NCBI GenBank assembly: GCA_951406725.2
Contig: OX597815.1
Coordinates: 145,886,001-145,950,000, forward strand
Direction of reading: 5' to 3'
Length of the DNA stretch: 64,000 bases
DNA from: Octopus vulgaris
Lineage: Eukaryota
This document shows, in pieces, positions 53,085 to 64,000 of this stretch; positions within the stretch are counted from its first letter, which is position 1; each line of letters starts with the position of its first letter. The notes beneath the pieces are model-generated. The model saw nothing but the letters and a program-made list of their open reading frames with translations, made no database searches and was not told the origin of the DNA. The translations under genes were made by a program, and so were the position numbers.

Positions 53085-53435
53085 TGGTTTGTGGTAAGAA
53101 GGTGGCTTCCCAACCACATGGTTTCAGGTTCAGTCCCATTGCGTGGCATCTTGGTCATGTGTCCGCTTCTATAGTCTCTGAGTGGATTTGGCAGATGGAA
53201 AATAAAAGAAGCCCGTCACTTATATATATATGTATGTATTTGTGTGTCTCTGTCGTACCACCATCACTTGATAGCCTATGTTTGTGTGTTTACGTCCCCG
53301 TAACCTAGCGGTTCGGCAAAAGTGACCTATATAATAAGTACTAGGCTTACAAAGAGTAAGTCCTCGGGTCGATTTGTTCGACTGAAGGCAGTGTTCTAGC
53401 ATGGCCGCAGTCAAATGACTGAAACAAGCAAAAGA
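53085..53435 (+). mobile_element. SINE family B copy
   Basis: Colinear with 7417-7826. Confidence 0.8.
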
Positions 53436-53442
53436 AGAAAAT

Positions 53443-53541
<99 letters not shown>

Positions 53542-53649
53542 AAATGAAGAAAATGCTGACAAATAATTGAAGTAATTTAAGTAATTTAATTAGGTGAAAG
53601 TTCTTTTTACCGGTTGCGCATTTGTTATGCTTAATATATATATATTTAC

Positions 53650-53857
53650 GCTGGGCACAAGTCACGAAATTTTGGGAGAGGTGGGGGCCAGTCGATTAGA
53701 TTGACCCCTGTACGTGACTGGTACTTAATTTTTCGACCCCGAAAGGATGAAAGGCAAAGTCGACCTCGGCGGAATTTGAACTGAGAACGTAAAGACAAAC
53801 GAAATACCGCTATGCATTTCGCCCGGCGTACTAACATTTCTGCCAGCTTGCTGCCTT
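53650..53857 (-). mobile_element. SINE family A, single-core copy
   Basis: Reverse complement of head, core and final tail. Confidence 0.8.
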
Positions 53858-53989
53858 AAAATCGTGAAGTATATTTGCCACCTAAATTTGACGCTGCGAT
53901 AGGGGACGATGTTACTGTTGCTATAGCCTCAGGATGACATCTCAGGATAACTGACTAACGAGACACTGCCTGAGTCTGATTAGTATTTG

Positions 53990-54322
53990 CGAAGGGAAAT
54001 CATCGTTCCCATCTCTAGCCTTACGTGATGCACACAGACCCGGGTTTCTGGAGGTAACTCGTCACCAGTGTGTGATAATCACCAGCTAGTGATAAGAACT
54101 CATTCCAGACACAAAATACTATATGCTTTTTTCAGTGAAGCCTTTCTGGGGGTTATAAACAAGAGGAGCATCGTCTCCACTGTCTCCTGTTTCTGAGGAA
54201 GAATTTTGCTTGAAACGTAAAACCATCTTTTTTTCCTTCACTGAGCATCCGTTAATACTTTGCATGTACCACGTCCTCACGTTCTTATTTATTTCTTGTG
54301 TTTGTTCGTCGTTTTTTTTTTA

Positions 54323-54325
<3 letters not shown>
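53990..54325 (+). mobile_element. Penelope-derived terminal fragment with hammerhead motif (family H3)
   Basis: gttt CTGAGGA agaattttgctt GAAAC GTA aaac at 54189-54223. Confidence 0.6.
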
Positions 54326-54409
<84 letters not shown>

Positions 54410-54779
54410 TATGATAATAATAATATAAATATATATATGCATTTATGCATACATACATGTACATACTTACATTCATATGTATATAAACATGCATATATGG
54501 ATACAGGACGTCAAAAAACGTAAACAACATGAAAAACAAGAACAAAAACATGGAAAGCGAACTTTTTGCGAACAATGAAAGAAACAAATAGAAAAACAAG
54601 ACAGGCAACATAAAGAACAATCCCTTCGTCAGTTGTCCACTGATTTATCTACTCCACATTTCGAGCGTTAGGACAAATATATATATATATATTTATATAT
54701 ATATATACATGTATGTGTGTGTGTGTGTATGTGTGTGTGTGAAAGAGAGCTGGTGATCTTGACGTGTGCGTGTGTGTAT

Positions 54780-55170
54780 GTGTAGGCGTTAAAACGTGAG
54801 GATGTGAATTGGTCAGTGCTGGTGAGTGGGTTAGGCAGAGGGTGGGGGTTGAGGTGGGGCTTGTGGGTAGGCAGAGGGTTTGTGGGATGGGAAGAATAGG
54901 GAAGGTGGAGTAGAAATTTGTAGGGGTGAGATGGGCTTATGGGCGAAGGTTGACGATGAAGGGCAAGGGGAAGATGGGTATGATAGATCGTTAGCCACTA
55001 TACACATTTTTTCTCTCCTTGTTTCTCTCCTTTTTTCTGTGTCCTTTTCTGTAGAAGAGCGTAGGCTAGAAACGTAAAAGACTTTTTCTATTCCTGAGCG
55101 TTATACTAATACATCTGTTTGTTTTGTACACCACCTGTCTTCGTCTTTTGTTGCTTTTTTCGTAAAATCT

Positions 55171-55173
<3 letters not shown>
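54780..55173 (+). mobile_element. Penelope-derived fragment with degraded hammerhead (family H2)
   Basis: tttt CTGTAGA agagc gtag gcta GAAAC GTA aaag at 55045-55080; ends at (TA)n. Confidence 0.6.
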
Positions 55174-55233
<60 letters not shown>

Positions 55234-58200
55234 CTGCTCTCAAATGTTCTCTACATATATATGTGTATTATGTATGTATGTGTTTATATGCATGTATTGT
55301 TTCATGTTTACATATGTTTGCATCGTTATATCTGTACGTGTATATGTACAGGTAATTCATTCATCTTTCAACCTTATTAGCGCTTGATTCGCCCTTCTTT
55401 CTTTACTTTTTCGTTACTATAAAACTTCCATTACGTTTTTCCCAACAGACTTTGCCTCATTTAATTGTCAAATCTCATATTTTCTTCTAACCCCACGATG
55501 TATTCTTTCTTTTACAAATGTTATAGCTCTTTGTTGACAGCACAAACTATCATTAGTTCTCTTGAATGCAAGTAAATTTTCTTTTTCTACGCAATTATGA
55601 CTTTCTTCTCTTTTTTTTTCTATTTTTCATGTGATAAAATATTCGGCGGGGGTTATATATTAGAGTAAATTGATTTTTAAGTGGTTGATTGACACGTTTA
55701 ATATTTTGCGCGTGATTAATAGGTACTGCTGGCTTTTTCTTCGTGCTTATTACGACAAAGGAATTTTAAAATCTCTATCATTCTCGGTCTAGTTACTAAA
55801 TTATCGATTCTATTATTCTCATTTCCATTGACTATGGCGTTGGCTTTCGTTTAGGCTGGTTGTACTAATGTATTTTCCTGGCTCTTTCGCCACTCCTCAC
55901 TATTTGAAGTACACGAAGTGAACACGGTCAGAAGGAATACAGTTACAATACTTTTGTAAACGGCTCAGATATGATGAGAAATCTTATCCGTGAAACCGGT
56001 GTTGTAACACCTATTGACTTCACAGTAAATGGGTTAGTTTTTCTTCGTAGTGTTGTTGGTATTATTATTTGTTGGTATCATCATTCAGCCTTTCTATATT
56101 CTAAATTAAAAAGAAAAACACTGGTGAAAGGTAAATTATCTTTTACGTCTTATCCATCTGAGAGCAATAACTTAAATACCAGTGATATCTGGGGGATGAT
56201 TCGATTCATTATAATCCTTTCACGAATACAATATAGTGGCAATGTCCGAAATCATCCCCTCAGTGGAGAGACTATACGGTAGCATTAATTTAATATCGAT
56301 GACCCGATTTAGACAACATTATCAATAAGCCAGGAACATGTGTTGTCATAACTTTTGTTTACGTTTTCTTAAAAAAAAAGCAAAATAAATCGAGGTCGCA
56401 CATTCTTTTCGGTCGTTTTTCCCCACTGAGAGGTTACAAGAATGAATCACCGATATGTACGTCTAGAATTATTAAACATTAATGTACTATTTTCAATGAA
56501 TGAGAAGTAAAATAATAATCATTTGCATCGAGGAATTTGCTTTGATGGTTTATGTATGATAAACGACATCTCAGCTTTTACCTATCAAAAGATTTATGAT
56601 CACAATGGTAAGTCTTTAAAATGTAGTTTAAAAGAACATTATTTATCCACGTGGTTGTAGAGAGGTCAAGCGCCAGTATCAGTGCTGGAGTGAATAATGA
56701 GTCATAATCACCCCTTTACCCATCTAAAGCTGCATCCATGATCTATGCAGACATAAATGACGATGCGTGACGTGTCCTAAATTCATTTTATAGCTCTAAT
56801 GTCAGCCACATTACGTTGCACTCATCTGTACAATCTATTTCAGGTTTTCGTCTATGATTTTAGTTTAATCAAAGTGTCAATAGACGTGTCAAAATTTAAT
56901 TTATTATTTAGCAGAATAAGTAACACTGGTATATAATATTTGCAGATATTAGATATGATCGACTGCTACGGTCAGTCCCAAAGGAATGCTATAAGCGAAG
57001 TGTCTAGTGAAAATAGGAAAAGTATGTCTATAGCCAGAACTTAGAAATAGAATTATATGAAATATGCTACGTGAAGGATATTAACCCATTGCCTCCCATG
57101 AGCCCAATTTGGGGATTTGCTAAAAATAGTTTCACGGCCTGTTGTTCGTTGTTTTTAAAGTGAATTGATTATGTACATTGCATATGCAGATGTGTGTTTA
57201 ACAATATTTAGTAATTAAAGTTTGTCATTATTAGCTCTGGCTAATTCTAGAGGATTTTTATGTCATAAATCACAATTTTTGAACTACAAAAATATTGTCT
57301 GTTTTGAAAACGTCATGTTTTTGGCATTTCCCTTCTATATGGTTCATTAATATTTCATACATATTCGCATTTGATACTGCAATTCAATAGAAAAGGATAA
57401 ATATGCTTTCTTTTTTTCAGTGATCCCCATTTCGGGCTTTCGAAAAGTTTATCATAATTTACAAAATAAATCACATAAGAAAATTTAAATACTATATATT
57501 ATTTTAATTCCTAAGACACCTTACAAAGTTAAAAATATGAATGAAAGAATTTGGCAGTTAATTGGTTGTACAAAAGGCGGTCGGCTATTAGAGTCTTTAC
57601 AGCGCGGCACAAAATGTTTAGAGGAATTTCTAGTTCTTCACGTCCGAAGTTCAAGAACACCAAAGCCGAAGTTACCTTTTCGGGGTTGATGAAATTAAGT
57701 ACCAGATGAGCACTAGGGCTGATGCAATCGACTTCCCCCCCACCTAAAAATTGCTCTCCTTGAAACAAAATTAGAAAGGATTAATTGGTTTTTTAGCGGT
57801 TGATTATAAAGAAGAGTAACAAGTCATACTGATGTTCGTGTTTCACATTCGAGGCTTTCCGATGCATTATCTACAACAATTGAAAAGAATGTAGCAGGAC
57901 ATGACCTCGGGTTGCCACATTGTGGATTTCAGCACAAGCAACAAGGTATAAATAAATACAATAACAAAAGCAACAAAACATACAAAAGTAACAACATCAT
58001 TACTAACAATAAAACTAATATTGGTTTCAAATTTTGGCACAAGGCCAGCGATTTCGAGGGAGGGGAGTAAGTTGATTATATCGAACCCCAGTGCTCAGCT
58101 GGTATTTATTATTTTATCAACCTCGAAAGAGTGAAGGCCAAGTCGACGCCGGTGGAATTTGAACTCATACCTTAAGACAGAAGAAATGCTGCTCAACTAG

Positions 58201-59419
58201 GTAATATATGAATTATCTGAGAAAAAATGAAATGGTTGCGGCTAGATGGTTTTTGGTCTTAGGTGGTCTGTGGTGGCAAACAACAAACACATAGACAATG
58301 AGAAAATACATGATGATGATCATCACCTTCACCATCATCACCATTGAACAGCATCAACAACAAAAAGTTAAATCAATGTTTTCGCTTAACTCAATCCAAC
58401 ATTAACTCTTTCAAAGATATTATATTTCTAGAAGCAGAATTATTCATTTTTCAGTTGCAAGTTTCTTAGATTTTATCATATTGGTCCAGGAAGTGCACAC
58501 TTGCGCAAGAGACCTAAATGTGATTTTAATTATTTTTCCAAAGTACCTTAGAAACTTAGAAACGTAGCAAGCAGCAATAAGGACACGAACCTGTCATTAG
58601 ACGGAAATACGATAACTGATCGCTTATATATTGTAATTTATCAATATTGAAATAAAACATAACAGTCAGAAGGGTAAATAATATCCCAACTTAGTCGATC
58701 GACAAATATTAGTATAAATTATTGAATTATATCTAACCAAACTTTGCTTCATTATTAAACAACCAGATATATCAGAGAGGTATTCTCCTAAGATTTCATC
58801 TAATTTCCTTAATAAACTATCTGATTTCCACTTTAGTTGACATCATAATGAATGTGAAGTTAAGTCTGAGGTCAAGTGATTTTGTTTATTTAACCCCGAA
58901 TTTATCATTCTGTCTAAAATACAGATGAGAATCGGTCTGTATTGGTATTTCCTTGCATTTATAGTAATAAAGCAATAGTTGATAATTAAAATTATGATTA
59001 ACTTCACTGAATTCTCCAAACCACAGTTGGCTTCCAGTAATTTTTCATATTGTCTTTGAAGCCTATACAGCCTTGTTGATACCAATACAGGTTTTTGTAT
59101 ACCTAAGCTAAATTTAATAATGTCTGAATATCATAGACACTGATAACATTTCGTACATTCAACAAAAGGCAGAAAAAAATGTAATCAATGAAAAAAATTA
59201 CCATTGATATATAATATAGGCGCAAGAGTGGCTGTTGAATCCAAACCACCACATGGTTCCAGGTTCAGTCCCACTGCGTGGTACTTTGGGCAAGTGAATT
59301 CTACTATACCCTCGGGCCGATCAATGCCTTTGTCAGTGCATCTCGTAGACGGAAACTGAAGAAGCCCGTCATAAATATATACAGAGAATCAATGCCGTGT
59401 GTGCTTGTGTATGTGTATG

Positions 59420-59725
59420 CGTGGTAGGGAACCTGGGTATAAGGTTTATTGCGGAGCCCAGTATGTTCACAGCACCAAGAGCGATGAGAGGCAGGAAGAG
59501 GTGATAGTTGGAGATGCCTGTGCAATAAAAGTACGAAGCTAGCCATATCTAAGAAACAGAGGATAGAAGTGTAGTGAGAGGTAAAAAGGGATAGAAGAGA
59601 GAGTACGATTGGAAGGCAGAGACTGGAGTTTCTCCTTTAGTGGATGAGTCCCAGCTAATCGAGTGACTTTCTTCTGGATGCAGTCCGGTATGTCCATTGT
59701 TCTAGAAGGGGGAACAGCACTCAAT
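59420..59725 (-). mobile_element. Degraded L2/CR1-like LINE 3' fragment
   Basis: DCIQKKVTRL....L...LQSL..NR.LSS..FY resembles L2-group ORF2 C-termini. Confidence 0.55.
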
Positions 59726-62100
59726 TTTGCTCCTCACACGAGCTCTTGGCTCTTGTACAATTATCTGGTTATACCTCTATAATACATGAAATATATACTA
59801 TTTAATCATAACGATTTAATAGGTGTTTTTTTTTTAGATATGGAATGACTATGAGGAACTCAACCCGTGAGTAAAATAAGAACAAAAGGAGTCGTAGTTA
59901 AAAAAATATGTAGAGAATCACTGAAGTTGACGGATTGCAAAGAAAATACGGCACTGGTGAGATACGAATTCAGAATATCTATATTAGCATACTGCTAAAC
60001 ACTGCAATGTATGGTGTATGTCACTGTAACATTTCCAGTAACTTACTGCATTTTGATTAGGGGGTTATATTGTTAGACAAACTAAAATGTTCTAGTTTAA
60101 ATTCGTTGAGTTTCAGCAGTTGCAAAAATAATCAAAGAAATCGAAAGAAAATGCTTATTGGTTTTCACCACGAATAAAATTTTAGGAATGAAATTCTGGT
60201 TTTAGGAGCAACGACGGAAAAAGACAGGGGGTACATAACTGTGTGGCACAATATGTCGTAAAGAGAAAAAGCGGTAACAGAAAGAATGGCGAACTATATA
60301 ATAAAATGAAGTCATTGATCTATACGTAAGTATTAGGTGAAAGGTTATGGTTGATTTTTCTATCGAAATTCGAACAATTTAGACATTAGAAATATTTCGA
60401 AAATGTCTTTTATGTTTTTTTATCGGTTATTTGCACTCAGAATGGCAGAACGAGATCTATTTTTAAAGTTGTGATTGCCATAAATTACACAGGGAATTCA
60501 CAAAAACTTGTTTTAATATGCAGATAAATCGAAATCATTTACACCTCATCCCACCTCCCATCCACAACCCTTATTACACGTTTTTCATTTGGCAAATGAA
60601 AATTAAAATTTTCAGAATTAAAAAAGGAACTAAAAGAAAAAATCACGGGGAAAGATTTATGTAAAATTATTGGTTTGCGTCATTTTATTCCTAATACGAA
60701 TTATTTTGCCTTTATTGAGAATCGATTCTACAGATTCTATGTGTAGAATTATAAAATACATATGCATGTTGACACTCTCAGCTGCCTTGGTTTCTTTATA
60801 TTCAATACATTATTGATATTAGATAAAAAATAAAATATACATCAACAATAGCAAATCAATTTCAGAAGATTACATTATTAGTAATGGTATTTTTGTTAAG
60901 CTTTGTATTTTTATATCTAATTTTATAATTTTGACTTTTGGTCAATCATTACAAAAGTTGATTTCTCGCGAGAATTTCCAACTGTCGTTTATTTCATTCT
61001 AGAAGACTATTTACTGTTGAGTATAAGCTATTCATTAGAAGCTGTTCGGAAACCCAATATTCGCCAGGGTCTTTTCGTTGAATTTATTTTTCTTTATATA
61101 AAGAGTATTATCTTTCTTCACTTGGCAAATGACTGTTTAATGAATATCAACTAATTTCGATAGCGTTTATTGTCTCGATTACAAACCAAACATCCTCCTC
61201 TTCAATTTATCATGTTGGAAACGTAGTATTCCGATCAGTAAGGAACGGTATAAAAATCTTCAGAGAAGTTTCTCATCGATTTTAGGATTGGAATTTACTT
61301 CAGTGCTCCGCTTAATATGAGGTTTAAGGTGTTCAAGTCAATAACTTTGTTATTAGTGGATAAATTCGCAGAGAAATATTCTAAGCAACATCTTTCTTCT
61401 CTATTTATGGGGAAATAAAATCGTTGCGTGCAGAATAATATTCCAATATCACAAACGCATATAGAGCAGTGAGCTGGCAGAATCTCCGGACTAAATGCTT
61501 AGCGGCATTTCCTCCGTATTTATGTTCTGAGTTCAAATTCCGCCGAGTTTGACTTTGCCTTCCGTCCTTCGCCGTCGATAAAATAAGTAGCAGTTACCTC
61601 CTACCCCCGATTTATCTGCCTTCTGTCAAAATTTAATATAAATATCACATACACAATATTAAGTTTCCTGAAAGATGAATCCAGATTACTTCCTCTTCAT
61701 ATTCTAGATGTTCAATTTTATATTACGTAAATATTTAATTATATTAATTATGTTCAATTAATGGCAGAATTCTTTCTTTCTTTCTTTCTTTCGTTTTACT
61801 TTAAAGGTGTTATAATCATAAATAACGATCTCTTACTTTAGCGCGTGGCCATAGAATGTGTAAGGAAGAATGAAACATATTTATGATACTGTAGAATATT
61901 ACTCTACACATAATAAGGAAATATGACTAAGAAGTTTGCTTGCTTCACAATCATGAAATCCCAGTTTCCATTCCGCTAGGTTGCACTTTTGGTCAAATCA
62001 TTATCTATGGCTTCGGGACGTATTCACTTGTATATTCAACACTGAATTAACTTGTCGTTGAAGTATTCAGCAAGTGGCTATGCATTCCACGCACATACAC

Positions 62101-62170
<70 letters not shown>

Positions 62171-62186
62171 AAATATACACATACAA

Positions 62187-62239
<53 letters not shown>

Positions 62240-62439
62240 TATATATATATATACTACATGCATGTTTGTTCGAATCCATTTTCCTTAGAATGGCAGCACG
62301 ACGTCGTAGAAATCAGTCCTACTCTTCAGCTAGAATGTGAAATTCATGTTTAAAATATATTCTTTTCACAGAACAAATGTATTAAGTTAGTAATTATACG
62401 AATTTGATAATCTTCTTTCGTAAAGAATTAATTGGTTCT

Positions 62440-62745
62440 CCGTTGGTTATGACGACGAGTGTTCTAGTTGATCCATTCAACGGAACAGCCTGCTCCTGAC
62501 ATTAACGTTGAGCTCTCCACGGACACACGTACTCTTAACGTAGTGCTCAGGAAGATTCAGCGCGGCACAGCAAGTCACAAAGCTGTCTGTTTGAAATGCA
62601 GGTCCTACTCATTCTTGCCAGCTTAGTGTACTGGATCAGCATAGAATGAAGTGTTATTTTCCCTTAAGAACACAACACGCTGCCGGAATTCGAATTTACG
62701 ACCTGATAATCTGGGTTGAATATTACTAACTAATGAGCCGTGTGC
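62440..62745 (-). mobile_element. Diverged SINE related to 45385-45682
   Basis: Reverse complement of the shared tail (gttgatccattcaacggaacagcctgctc) and a tRNA-like head. Confidence 0.6.
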
Positions 62746-63098
62746 CTATTTTAATGTATCAACTCCGTAAATAATACCGTTATAAGTTTCTGATTTTAAA
62801 GGTATTTGACCTAATATCACGTGTGCCTCTACGTCATATACAGAATTAAGTATTCATAGCTTCTCTTGCAATTCATTCTAAAAGCCAAATAATACACAAA
62901 TGAATAATATTCAACTTCCCCAGCGCATGAACAGTAAACACGAGTAATAATTAGAATTAATTTCCACCAATGAATCCAGTAAAACAGAGATATTATCGAT
63001 TATGATCCGTATTAATATATCCTACGCGTAAATATAATTTGTGTACGAGCAATTAGCACTCTGCTGCTGTCATACGTAGATCCAACTAGCGACACGAA

Positions 63099-63163
<65 letters not shown>

Positions 63164-63864
63164 CATACATACACGTATTTATACAGATTTATTTACATAT
63201 GCCTACGCATTCTAGACCAATTCACGAATGCCTGAAACTATATTCATATTGCCATATATATATTTATACATACATATGCACTGTGAGTATGTGTAAGTGT
63301 GTGTATGTGTGTGTAAGTGTGTGTGTCTTTTTGTCATCACCCATTAACGTTCCCATTAACGAAGTAATATTCAATTACTGAAAGTTTACCAAATCTATCC
63401 TCGTAAAAACATCGATATTCTTAATGCCATAGTAAATATAAATCGACATCATATAAAAGAAAACATTATTAGAATAAATTCAAAATAAAATAATGTCAAT
63501 TAAATATCGACTTCCTGGATCGGTAAGTGGACATTAGTGTTAAAATGATTCGTAAATTTTATGGATAGAGAGAAGCAGCCCTCAAAAATTTCCGGTTCAG
63601 TTTTGAATACTTGACGAATAGTATGATGAATTATTTTCACAATGCCATTTGTTGCTTACGTATATATACTGTATTATACCGATTTCAAAACGTAAACAAT
63701 TATAACTCCCTCACCGCGAAATTAAACCCTGTCGTGACATCATGCATCTGGCTTAATTAAAAGACAGATCATATGCTGGTAGTATTCAAGTTAAAATATA
63801 ATTGTGGTTAACACCATGTACACCAGGAGAGAATACACATACATACATATATATATATACACAT

Positions 63865-63907
<43 letters not shown>

Positions 63908-63962
63908 TATATATATATATATGTATATATGTATATATATATATATATATGTATATATAGAT

Positions 63963-64000
63963 CTGACGAAGAGCTCCGATCGAAACATAAAACCCTCCTT
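63963..64000 (+). mobile_element. Start of a family H3 fragment beginning at the hammerhead core (runs off the window)
   Basis: CTGACGA agagc tcc gatc GAAAC ATA aaacc immediately after a (TA)n tract. Confidence 0.55.

Noticed and set aside
55968-56003. atgatga...gaaaccggtg hammerhead-like string
   Set aside because: No stem I or stem II pairing and no valid NUH triplet.

Overview
This is AT-rich, microsatellite-dense animal DNA whose repeat content points to a coleoid cephalopod, probably Octopus (inferred, not verified). Nearly all short ORFs in the track are microsatellite artefacts. The only convincing host coding sequence is one minus-strand internal exon (50799-51013) of an NMDA-type glutamate receptor subunit 2 gene, so most of the window is probably intronic. 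The rest is mobile DNA: several tRNA-derived SINE families, R4/Dong-type LINE fragments in (TAA)n tracts, CR1/L2 and RTE fragments, a decayed Gypsy element, a hAT transposase remnant, several MITEs and Penelope-like elements. The most notable hidden signal is about ten minimal type I hammerhead ribozyme motifs from several unrelated small Penelope-derived elements in or next to (TA)n tracts. Several of these elements are fold-back (inverted). The motifs include one with an intact core (10669-10711) and two with an apparent compensatory U3:A8 core variant. There is also a near-perfect inverted duplication with arms of about 410-450 bp fused to a LINE 5' junction.
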